In this document: positions 51,945-64,000 of the stretch, in pieces
How positions within the stretch are numbered: position 1 is the first letter of the stretch
Layout: each line of letters starts with the position of its first letter
Assembly (NCBI GenBank): GCA_951406725.2
Contig: OX597814.1
Span: 120,156,001-120,220,000, forward strand
Length of the DNA: 64,000 nt
Reading direction: 5' to 3'
Source of the DNA: Octopus vulgaris
Lineage: Eukaryota
Translations under genes and position numbers: made by a program
The notes under the pieces: model-generated
The model's database searches: none
The model's input: only the letters and a program-made list of their open reading frames with translations
Told to the model about the DNA's origin: nothing

Positions 51945-54900
51945 TATTTTAAGTGAAAATTCATATACGTTTGTCATTATTCGTTCGCAACACCTGGGTA
52001 TGTTGCACATGCATTCATACATAACTCTTTGTGTTGAATGAGCCATGTAGATACAAATTCTGTAAAGATCTTTGGATAAGAATGAACGGTGAGATATGAA
52101 TAATTAATTTGGTCAACTCATATCTCTCTTTCAGGAAGTTTTCCAAAACTCATCTCTCTGTGCATTGTAAACGATTTTAGAATATAAATTGAAATTTTCC
52201 CCAACGATTATATTAATGTGTATTGACTTTGTCGATGGTAGCTGCTAGGCGCAATCACATGACCTGCAAAACACTGGTTATATACTCAGATTTTATCCAT
52301 AACCATTGGCTTTCTCTTAAAGGAATAACTTAGATTTACGTCCAAAGAGTGCAAGCTAATTTTTCTCTTTGGAATATTGATATTAATCATTGAAAATTCG
52401 TTGGTTGCCCCTTAGCCACAGAAGGTACATCTCCAAGATGACAGGCTTTAGAACTGAACACAAATCATGCATTGAGATTGAATCTTATTAAATAGTCAAT
52501 ATTTGCCCTTTTAGAGAAATAGAAAAGCAAATTTTATTGTTTTTCTATATTTCTAGGTTTATTACATTGCGCCAGAAAATCAAAAATAAAATTATTGCGT
52601 ATTTGGAATGAAATTCTCTGGTTCCCTGTTATTACATGAAAATATTATTAGTTTCGATAAGAAATTGATTAATTTCTAAAGAAATACAAGATAACTATAT
52701 TGATAGTGATTCGACATTGCACTTAAATTCTGAGTTCACAAAATGAAAACGCTGCAGCAAATAACAAACAATAGAATTAATATCGATTGTTAATTGTGTT
52801 TCCTAATTAACAACACACGTGTTTTATTCATGGCTTTATTTTAACTTTGAATATTCTATAATAAAATATATAATGATGATGAAATAAATATTCTAATAAT
52901 TAATTTGAGATTTTTTGTTGCAATTATGACGCTACTATACGTCGTCTGAAATCAAATGTTTTTTCAAAATTATATAGATACTAAATTTGTCATTGATATT
53001 GTCTACGATGTAACACATCCCTTTCTTCCCGCCATCCAACCCTCTCTCTCTCTCTCTCCCTCTCTGTATTTCTTTCTTCCGTCGTCTGGCTCAACAGTTT
53101 CATTTTCCCAGTATTTGAACATTAATTTTTTTTGGAATCGCATTCCTTTATCAGAATATAAATCTATTCACATATTTCCTGTCATAATTCATCTCATCTA
53201 TAGCATGTCTGCTGCTGGGAATTGTTGGATTATTGTTTTTGCTTGTAAAATTTATCTAAACACCACACCGATTTTCCTAAATTTTTGTTTTTCTGTAGTA
53301 AATAAAATAAAATTTTAGGAAATGTTGAATTTGCGAGAGTAAAATGGAAAATACTGCTAAAAGATCAGTTGATCATATATATTCTAATATTCAAAAAAGT
53401 TCACAGAAATAGGAAATAATAAACTTTCGGACTAAATGGTAAATAATAATATTGAGCAGAATTTTAGTCTTATCTGATGAAATATGATCTTAAGTGGAAA
53501 CAATTTAGCGACATTTCTTTTGAAGTAGTATCTAAAATAATCTATCATAGTTTGATTTTATTAAAGATAAGACTTATCGCGTGACAGTGTCTCATATATC
53601 TAAAGTTAATAAAACATACCTTAACAAAATGACATACAAATGTGTGGAGGTCATGTGAAATAGCCGAAACTGAAACTCATAATATTGTCTTTCATTGTCT
53701 ATAAGAAATGAGTACTTTATTGGACTGTTTCAAATTAATTATGCCTGAATATGTAACAAAGTTGAACTTGGATTAAAGATTTTCATGATCGATTCAATCT
53801 TCTGATGGTCATATGCCAGTTTTTTTTCTTAATTTGTAGCATACATAATTAACCTCTTCATAAATACCATCTCAATATTATTTTGTCGTTCATCGTTATG
53901 AAATTTAGAAAACGACACCAAATCTACCAAATGCAAGTTATATTTCTATAATATATTTAAGTCTCCTCAAATTTTACTCGAGTAAATTACTCAGGACAAG
54001 TTTCATGCATAAAAGAATTTGTCAAGAATGAATGTGATACTTAACGTCATTATTCTTACTCAATAACGATATTATTCTCACCCAATATTTTTTGAATTCT
54101 ACAGAGGATCAACTTACGTCCAAAATAGCTTTAAAATAGCCCATTGGCCAGGAGTAGTGTGCATGCATTCTATGAAACCCTTTAACCTTCAATATCGTAA
54201 TCAATCCATGAAGCTGTGTTAGTTAACTACAGGTCTAGCTGTACTAGATTGAAGGTATATTTAGTAAATTTAAAACATTTGGCATGGACAACTGGACCAA
54301 ATCGGTAGAGGAAGGTGCTTCTAAAATCAAAATGAAAAACAACTATTATGCGTGTTCTTCTGTTATGTTGGAACAAGCCCACGTTGAGGATACTTCTTCT
54401 GTACAAAAAGTCACGTGCAGTAACAGTAATTAAAATCGAGTAGAACATCTATGGAGAAGGATTCGTAATCTAAACGATAGATTTCATTGTAAAAGTGAAT
54501 GCCATAAATCGTGGCCTGAATCGTGAAAATAATAACTATCTGAAAGTAGGTATCATTTGATTACTAAACATAAATTAATGTTGTATTCTATTTTCGCGAA
54601 TTTTGTGATATGCCTACTTAGAAAAACATCTCAACCAAGGGAGATCTGGGGGTTTTAGCAGATTCCTAATGACAGTTCTTAAAAATATTATAACAGATAA
54701 TGAATGTGGATGTAAGGATTCAGAAATCTAATGATCACAGTACTGTGAACCAATAACCGGGAAACCAAAGATGTATTCCAAATGTGACGATTCAATTAAT
54801 AATAGATCAGATTCTATGAGCGTCGTTGATCATGAATGTATTTTTTGTGATCGAACGATTAATAAAAGATTTATTTGGATGGTCTGAAGTATTGAGGGGC

Positions 54901-55362
54901 AGTCGACAAAACGAGGCTGTCATCAGTGTTTAAGCAATCCTGGATGATCAATTACAACAATGCATCTCGTCCCGAGACAATTATCTCTGTAGCTTTGGCA
55001 ATGCACAAAACGTATATTGCATCATCGGTATTCCCTCATTTTGGCTTGTGTGGTAATTTGTAATTCCAAAGTTGAATATTAGTATCAAAGTTTGCTGATT
55101 TCAAATGACAGAAATGTTCAAAGAAAAACTCCCTACAGAGATTGTCTATAGCACTTGAGACATGCCTGCAAGACACGTTCCAGAAACTGAAAAAAAATAA
55201 TAAAAGCAGTCAAGGGCTAGGTATCGTTAAGGAAAACAAGGTGGAGGAGGCATATTTAGTTAACACGAAAGGAAAGGATTTATAGGTTTAGTATTTACTG
55301 AAGGCAAAGTTGACCTCGGCGGAATTTAAACTTAACATTTTGGCAGTCTAAATACATATTTC

Positions 55363-55569
55363 TATTTCTTTACTACCCACAAGGCGCTAAACAAAGAGGA
55401 GACAAACAAGGACATACAGACGGGTTAAGTCGATTATATCGACCCCAGTGCGTAAGTGGTACTTATTTAATCGACCCCGAAATGATGAAAGGCAAAGTCG
55501 ACCTCGGCGGAATTTGAACTCAGAACGAAGCGGCAGACTAAATACCGCTAACGATTCTGCCAGCTCGCC
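55363..55569 (-). mobile_element. SINE with Nin/Deu-like domain
   Basis: Reverse homolog of 17822-18017. An extra short fragment lies at ~55299-55335. Confidence 0.85.
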
Positions 55570-56664
55570 ACTTCTATATTTACTGGAACTAATATCGTAT
55601 TCTATTTGAAATATTCCAGGAAATTTCCATGAACTACCCCGATAATTTGACGTCCTATATGCCGTAATGTATTTGCTTCAAACCATATTTCTGTACGTAG
55701 AAATCGATGCTTATATAAATTTCGTTAGTTTTGTAACTATCGTTTCATTGCTTGGGAGTTTTTAAATGATGAATGTTTAATTAGATTTAAAATACAAGTG
55801 CTTCTCAATTTATTCTTTCTATGGTTGACTGACTACGAAACATCTTTAAAAATTGTTTATGCGCATAAATGACCGATAAATGCAGCGTATATGAATGCTA
55901 GAAGCTGCGTTATTATTCCACATTATTTACGACAATTAAAATCTTTCTTCATGTGAAGAGTTTTTTTTTTTCTGAAATCACAGAAAATCAATAACGTATA
56001 AAAGTTAATAGTATTTTAATTAAAACATATCTGATGTGAAAGAAAAAGCAAACAGCTCATCATTCTCTATGTAAACTAGTAAATATCTCTTATGTTTCCG
56101 TTTGCATGATATAGTTTCGGTCTGTAGCAATTTTGTTTAATCATCTGGTGTAGCATTATACTTTAACATATTTCTAGTTATTCGCTAAAACACACCTGGA
56201 TTCTGAATTCTTTCTTAAGGTAATGACGTTTTATATAGCCTTCCTTTTGTAAAGAAATATAAAAAGCTAATAAAGATTAAATGTTAGGAAGCCAAAACAA
56301 TACTTGGTTATCTAGTTGCTTTGATGATGGTGATGATGGTTTCTATTTCTAAACATTGAAGATATCGATTATTTAAAATTTTTCACAAATTCAGTTATTT
56401 GGAGTTTCGAAATTTTTCATTTTATAGAATTTTATTTCCCTCCTTGTAACCTTTTCACTTTTACTTTTCTTTTTGTGAATTTCGAAAATTTTCCGAAAAA
56501 TTAATCGAAAAAGAAAGATGAAAATAAAAAAAAATACTAATATTTGCTCTTTTTATTTGAAAAATCATGATATCAGATGGTTAAGAAAAATCTGCGAAAA
56601 TTTTCAAATAATTGAACACTACAGAAAATTAAGGGAGCAGCATGCTTCTTAGGACAGAGTTCTT

Positions 56665-56796
56665 ATCTATAAGATAAGATACCCGAACTATAAGATACCC
56701 GAATTTGGTTAAACTGCACCGCAAAATGTGGGAGTAGTTAGGAATCTAAATCGAAGGGGACAGACACTCACACAACTACAGTTTTATATATATAGA
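56665..56796 (-). mobile_element. Helitron 5' portion, family of 28315-28709
   Basis: Shares CTATAAGATACCCG..TTGGTTAAACTGCACCGCAAAATGTGGGAGTAGTTAGGAATCTAAATCG and the TC start. May extend further left. Confidence 0.8.
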
Positions 56797-57369
56797 TGTC
56801 AAATATGTGATTTTAAACGTACAATTCCATATTATACGTTATACCTTGTAAGATGATTGTATTTTTTTCTATAGAATTAAAGCTAGTACTGAGAATTATG
56901 ACGTTTCATATACGAATGCGTCTATGTAAACAAAGCGATTGAAGTTAGAAAAATAAGCAATATATATGCATATTTCAGGACTTATTGTTCTTTCCTCCGC
57001 ATCACATCGAACTAATTAACAATCCAAGGATACATAGCTTAACTAGCCTCTAAGTTTAATGGTATAACTCTATTGGATAAACCAGTTTACATATTAAGCA
57101 CATTCCTGTTACGAACATACTAATTGCTGGTAGGACACAGCATTTCGTTTTCCAATCATGATATACAACAAAGTATTCCTACTTTTGTGATAGTAATGTG
57201 TTGTTTTTGTTTTAATTTTATTTCTCCAGAATTTCTTTAGAATTTAAAGCCAGCACTGAAAGTTACGATGTCCATGCAAGCAATGCTATTGACATTGGAT
57301 ATGTCGGTATTATAGAATCAAATCTGCTGACAGCATCACTCTGAGGTCGTAACTTAAAGAGAACATATA

Positions 57370-57971
57370 ACGATTCTTTGGGAATTACCAGTATGTACAG
57401 ACAGGACCATCAAAACTAATGGTCCTGATATTGTTGTGATAGACCAATTCAATAAAGTATATTTATTGATTGAAATGAGCATACGTTGTGATCATAATAT
57501 CTAGGGGAAAGAATTTGATAAGCCCCAAAATATGAAGATTTACTGATCGAAATCCAAAAGATGTGGCATCTAAAAACAGTTACAATCCAAGTGATTGTAG
57601 TAGCACTTGGACAGATGAAAAAAAGAACTGAAAATTATTTGAGCATTATTCTTTGCTTACCTTTCATATAAGAAGTGCAAGAGATTGTTTTGACTGGTAT
57701 GTCACGCTTCTTGCGAAGAAGATTGTCGCTGTGAATTTTCTTTCCTTTTTTCTCTTTATTTTCATGGTTTACTTCTTTTCATTTATATTTTTTTTCGCTT
57801 TTCCTCTTTGTCTTTCTTCCCCCTTTTTCTCTATCAGATGACCTTGTAAATTAACAATCTGGTGTCTGGTGTGTTCGTCTAATGGCCTACCAATGTATTC
57901 AGTGAAGTTCTCTACCCTAAGTGTCACGAAGACACTCGGCAAGAAATGGAAACAAAATCGAAAAAGGGAGC
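57370..57971 (+). mobile_element. Degenerate R4/Dong 3' fragment (RLE + 3' UTR)
   Basis: Collinear with 58195-58730 (CCTGATATTGTTGTG, ATGTGGCATCT, AATGGCCTACCAATGTA, GAAGACACTCGGCAAGAAATGG). Confidence 0.85.
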
Positions 57972-57982
57972 TAATAATAATG

Positions 57983-58067
<85 letters not shown>
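57972..58067. repeat. (TAA)n microsatellite
   Basis: Direct reading. Confidence 0.96.
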
Positions 58068-58745
58068 GTGGAGTATAAATTAAGACATGACAGAGTTGGC
58101 CAATATCTACACTGGCTAATAAGTCGGCATTACAATATCAAAACTGTCGATAAGTGGTATAATCACCACCCTGAGGCTGTAACTGAAGGAGAAAATGTAA
58201 CCATTCTGTGGGACTTTCCAGTACATACAGACCGAACCATCAAGGCCAATAAACCAGATATTGTTGTGAAAAACCAAAACAATAAAGTTTGCTTATTGAT
58301 CGACATGAGCATCCCCTGTGATCATAATATCTCAGCGAAAGAGTTTGACAAGCTCATAAAATATAAAGACCTACTCATTGAAATTGAGAAAATGTGGCAT
58401 CTCAAGACGGTTACAATACCAGTGATCGTAGGAGCACTAGGAATGATCAAGAAGGGAACCGAAAATTATATGAGAATGATCCCTGGCTTACAATCCCTGC
58501 AAGAAGTTCAAAAGATTGTCTTAACTGGTACATCACACGTATTGAGAAGAGCATTGTCGATGTGAGAACTGTTGCTGCTCATGTATTTTAATTTAACTTA
58601 AAAAAAAATTTAAAAAATGAACGAACTATTGAGTTTGGTTTAATGGCCTACCAATGTATACTATGAGTTTCTTTGCCCTAGGAGTCGGGAAGACACTCGG
58701 CAAGAAATGGAAGCAAATTTGAAAGAAGAAAAAAAAAAAAATAAT
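58068..58745 (+). mobile_element. 5'-truncated R4/Dong copy, second subfamily (ORF 58068-58565, RLE)
   Basis: RHD, KPDIVV..ID, KYKDL and VIVGALG motifs. Starts right after (TAA)n and ends in A-run/TAA. Confidence 0.92.
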
Positions 58746-58759
58746 AAAGGTAGGAAAAA

Positions 58760-59240
58760 GACATGAAGAAATACGCAAGAGGGACTACATAATGAATTCC
58801 ATATAGCCACAACAGAAGTTGCTGGAAAATAGGTGGGATTGGTTGATGAAAGGAACACTAGAAAAAGAGAATAATAGCTCTATACTGACAGCGCAAGACC
58901 ACACAGTGGCCACGAGTTGGAGGGTGAAGATTAGGATTGTGCAAGTGTCTCTGTTGCGCTGCATCTGCAGTAGAGTTGATGATACAATTGTCCATATCAC
59001 GAACGAAGTCCCAAGACTTGCCCAAAACCAGTACAAGTTACGGCGACATGACAAGATAGCGAAAGTTCCATAATGGAATTTGTTTGAAAAGTGGGGGCTA
59101 GAGAGAGGCAAGACATGATACCAGCACAAATCGCAGAGAGAAGCGGAGTTGGAGACTAGCGAAATCGTCCGGAATTTCTCAATCAAAACGGATCAGGTGC
59201 CAGAGCATAACAGAGTGGCCCTAGGTGTGAACAAAGTGCA
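58760..59240 (+). mobile_element. Old degenerate R4/Dong fragment (pre-knuckle to RHD)
   Basis: WDWLMKGTLEKE..ILTAQD..LAQNQYKLRRHD. Confidence 0.78.
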
Positions 59241-60371
59241 CCACATATGAATATATATTTTAGGCTGCATTCACTTTTGACCCACGAAAGGTCAAGAATA
59301 AGATTGTTGAGCTGGAAGTGGTGGGGGTGGGCATAGTGGTGGTGGTGATTGTGGTGTTGGTGGTGGTGGTAGTGATAATGATGTTAACAATGTTATAATT
59401 CTTATGAAATATGCATATATGTGTATATACACACGCATATATATATATATACACACGTACACACATACATATATGTATATACATACATATATAAGACATA
59501 TATACATACGTATACGCGTGTGTGTGCGTGAGTGTGTGTGCGTGTGCGTGCGTGTACGTGTGTGTGCGTGTGTTTGTTCAACTAAGCAGTAAGCACATAT
59601 ACTACTGTTTGTACATATTACGTGAGCGCGTTCGAGTGGGGCGCCAAAAGAATACATCTCGCCATTTTGCGTTACAGAGTGTAATCTCCAATAATCTTTA
59701 ATGCTTCCTAGCAGTTCTTTTGGTGCAGAGAAACAAGTAGCTTCTACTTTTGAGGTCGCTTATTCACTTCTAAACTTCGGATTAATAATGGATCACAGTT
59801 AGAGATTCATAATATAGAAGAGAGTAGAAATTATCCTGAAGAGACATGAAACGAAGCGTGGAATGTGTTCTATATGATTTCAGTATTTATGTTGTTAGTT
59901 GTCTGCATGTTGCTGCTATTTTAGTAATGCTTTTACAATACTCTCTGTTGGATATGCCAATTTTAAAGTATGTGAAAGTTCTCAGGGACTTAGTCATTGA
60001 AGATTCTATTAAGAAAGAAAATGTCACAGAAATTATAACAATGAGTAATCGCCTCTGGAGTGTTCGCCGATAAAAATCATAGTTATTGATATTTTACACG
60101 AACAGGGTGATTTGAATTCTATCCCTTAAAAGCGATACATTTACTTCACTATCGTAGCGATTAGGGCCGTGTCATGTAGTTACTGTTATACGGTATAAGT
60201 GATACCGTCTAAAGCGTAGATATATCCAACATATGTAACAGTTGTTTTAACACGTGTTTATACAAAGCTAAGTGGAAAATGTATACACAGTACACACACT
60301 CAGATACACACAAATACACACTCACACACTGACATGAACGCACAACACATACGCATATATATACAACTATA

Positions 60372-60404
<33 letters not shown>

Positions 60405-60609
60405 ATGTATGTATGTATGTATGTATGTATATGTGTGAGGGTGTTTATGTAATATTTTACTTGTTTCAGTCATTTGACTGTGGCCATGCTAGAGTACAAT
60501 ACAAATATATTTATATTTTTTTATCAGTTTCAGCTCAAAGCTGTGGACATGCTGGGGCACTGCCATTTTGCTACACTGTTATTATTAAAAGCTTGCTCTG
60601 ATATGTGGT

Positions 60610-61300
60610 ATTTGGTTGCAGTAACTAGTCCTGAAGCGCGACGTCATTGCTGAAATCTTTGGTACCATGCAGGGGCGACATGTTCTGGTATTTTTGCAGC
60701 TTTCAATGCCAAAATTTGGCACAATCCCTACTAGCATATTTCAGATATGTATTAATGCATATTTCTCTCGCTTTCGTCCCGGGAAGTAAAGACTTAGCTG
60801 GTTCAGGATTTCCCAGTAGCAGAGCTATTGCAATGAGACAATCTTCTTCGTGAAGCTTCGCTGAGTTGCTTCAAGGTCCGCTGTTAATTTTACAATGTTG
60901 TGGTGACGATAGCTTGGAATAGTAGTCGAGGCGGCTGATGAGAAAAAGTCATCCAGAGGACCATCATGATGTCTTTCTCTCTGGTTCCGAAGGTTCTCGG
61001 TATCCATCTATTCAGCCATCTGCACTTTGTGTCTATCTTGCTAATGTGTACTTGGAAAGAGGTATCATCACTCATGTCGATACTCAGGTTCCGCACTGAT
61101 TTAGGTTCTAGAATAGTAATCCTCTGTAGGCCAGTGTACTCTGTAAGTTTCACGCTGTTTTGGGCACAGGTAGCGCAGGGTTTGGGATATATACAGCTGG
61201 TGCAGGCTTTCCCAGTAGCAAACCTGTTGGAATGAGACAATCTTCTTCGTGAAGCTTCGCTGAGTTACTTCAAGGTCTATATTGAGTTAGTCAGGCTCAT
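60610..61300 (-). mobile_element. Degenerate CR1/L2-group LINE, RT C-terminal fragment, rearranged
   Basis: VRNLSIDMSDDTSFQVHI..WIPRTFGTR and LEATQRSFTKKI motifs. 70-bp direct repeats at 60809-60878 and 61208-61277. Boundaries approximate. Confidence 0.78.
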
Positions 61301-61345
61301 TACTGAGAGTCCACATATCTTAAACCGAATCTAATTGGGTTCTTC

Positions 61346-61405
<60 letters not shown>

Positions 61406-61406
61406 A

Positions 61407-61437
<31 letters not shown>

Positions 61438-61457
61438 ATATGTATGTATATGTATGC

Positions 61458-61490
<33 letters not shown>

Positions 61491-61602
61491 CATATATGTA
61501 TATGTGTGTGCGTATGTGTGTAAGCTTAAACTAAACTAACCTAAAAAAAAGACAGACTCAAGAGCAACGATCTCTGATGGTAAGAATAACTGAGAAAAAC
61601 AG

Positions 61603-61634
<32 letters not shown>

Positions 61635-62724
61635 TGTAAAATGATTGTGTTTAAAGTGATAATTAGTAATGAAATACAATTTTACATACATGCTGATAAC
61701 TCAGTAATAACATCGTTAAAGCTTGTCCATTGCATTTGCAACATGTGAATGCACAAAGTCTACAATGATGAATGAAGCAAATACATTTCCTTGCATTTAT
61801 GTATTTGTGCATTTCAAATATCCATTTGTAAGTGAATGCAATGCATGTATTTCAGCGTAAATCTCTTGTGTTGTATCGATTGAATGTATTGAGAATAAAG
61901 CATATGTTCAGAGGCCTGTTTCTGTGTGCAACGTCAAATTATATATTGAGCCAGATTGAGAGATGTTTAACGCTTGTTTGATTTTTACAATATAATGGGA
62001 CGTCCTTCAGCATGCTGTATGCTTGGGATGAGAAATTTAATTGTTGCCATTACTTCCTACCAGAAGAAGCAACAAAGCGTAAAAGATTCCCATGTATCAC
62101 ACACAGATATTTCAGAGCATAAAAAAAAACTGCCGTTACTAGATTGATTTTCGTTCGTATTGTAGTAAGCTCAACGTACAATAAGAACAAGAAAAATAAC
62201 TACTAGTTAATCTACGCAAATTCACAGTGCAATAACATATATCTAAACACATCTTTTTGTATCGAAAACAGCGGTATATTTTCATTTTGCTTTTTTCTTA
62301 AATCACAGTATTCGAGTTTCTTAATATTATACAAATAAATAATGTTATAACTACATAAAATCTTTAGTGCGGCGAAGAAAATAGCTTACAGTATTTGCTC
62401 ATATTCCTTAAAGCAAAATTTCAAATGACGCTGAAATGAAGCTTGCCATTGGAATGGAAAAAAAGAAGATTTATTGAAAAATTCTGATCAATATAATTAC
62501 ATTAATGGCTGGTCTTCGGAGTATGTTAGAAAGCAGTTTTAAGCGACGAAAAATTGTGTTACTTAGAATTTGAGGATCATCATGATAAAACTTAGGAGTA
62601 TTTCTCTATGATTACTTCCACTATATTTTGAAATTTCAGTCACACCATACACATAAACACACACACACACACACTCACTAGCAGATATCATAAACACACA
62701 CACACACGTATAACCTGTATAAAT

Positions 62725-62791
<67 letters not shown>

Positions 62792-62934
62792 AAGATACTG
62801 CGAAATCTTCGTCGTTCCGCTAATAAACCACCCTTCTTCCTGAAAGCTGATTGTGTGTGCGTGTGTGTGAGTGAGTGAGTGTGTGAATGTGTGTGTGTGT
62901 GAGTGTCTGTATGTGAGGGTTCGTGTGGGAGTGT

Positions 62935-63140
62935 GTGTGTGTCTGTGTTGTCCCCCATTACCATTTGACAACGGTTTTCTTGAGTTTCAGACCCACCACG
63001 TAACTGAGTGACTCAGTGAGAGGGCTGATAGAATAAGTAAATAATTTTAGGGTTCATTCATTCGACTAATATTCTTCAAGGTGTTGCTCCAGCATGGCTG
63101 CAGTCTAAACAATCAAAGCAATAACAGAAAGAATAAAATA
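62935..63140 (+). mobile_element. Degenerate 3' half of the abundant tRNA-SINE family
   Basis: TGTCCCCC..TTGACAAC..GATAGAATAAGTA..TTCGACTAA..GCTCCAGCATGGCTGCAGTC is the reverse homolog of 17395-17590. Confidence 0.65.
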
Positions 63141-63204
63141 CATACAAACGCAGCGGCGTGCATACACACACCCAAAGTCACTCAAACTTATCTACATTTA
63201 TATA

Positions 63205-63254
<50 letters not shown>

Positions 63255-63425
63255 GGGATGACCACTAAGTAGACATCCATTTTGCTAGAGATAGACCCCA
63301 TATAGTCTGACCACTAACAAAAGATTGTTCTCAAGAAAATTCAGCAAACGCCAGAACGTAAGCAAGCAAAACAAATGAAAAGATACAGAATTTGCGTACA
63401 CATATACATAAATATGTATATAAAC

Positions 63426-63492
<67 letters not shown>

Positions 63493-63733
63493 TGTGTGTA
63501 CGTGTGTGTGTAACATACGGTACAATTATAAACCCTTTCTCTGCAGACTGAAAAAAATTACGAACATCGTTAATAGATATTCGAACCTTATTGCGTTTGC
63601 TTCATTCTGACAGGCTCCAGAGAAACAAGCAGCCAACAAATAAAGTAGTTACTCCACGAAGGAGTCACTATTAATACCAGCGTCCTGTCAACGGGGATCT
63701 TAGTCCACAAATATATGTTAGTGTCTGTGTGTG

Positions 63734-63816
<83 letters not shown>

Positions 63817-64000
63817 CAGTAGAAATATGTTACGAAAAGAAAATATAAGATGCACGTGGAATTGTAAGGGTAAAATATGAAAAATCAACGAAAAGGCATA
63901 TTGCAAATATAAAAAGGCTACTTATGACAAGTAGTGACAAATATATACATTTAGATTGACTGAGGTAGTAATACGAGTCATAAAGTTCATTATTATGAGG

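Overview
AT-rich, gene-poor eukaryotic DNA full of (TA)n/(CA)n/(TATG)n/(TAA)n microsatellites. The SINE and LINE families look cephalopod (Octopus-like); this is inferred from recalled repeat families, not from a search. No host protein-coding gene can be supported, and nearly all listed ORFs are microsatellite read-throughs or transposon fragments. The main feature is a ~616-bp tandem array (at least 12 units, 1-7275, open at the left edge). Every unit carries a type I hammerhead-ribozyme fold on the minus strand. Eight units have an intact CUGAAGA core and four carry a G5A change expected to inactivate it. The array ends in a 200-bp inverted copy, as in Penelope pseudo-LTRs, so it looks like a retrozyme-like, self-cleaving satellite. 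Further minimal-hammerhead relics lie in short TA-flanked elements across the window, and there is a decayed Penelope-like element (RT thumb plus GIY-YIG). Other content: R4/Dong-type RLE LINE fragments stacked in (TAA)n tracts, a CR1/L2-like fragment, three tRNA-derived SINE groups, two Tc1/mariner derivatives, non-autonomous Helitrons and several inverted repeats.
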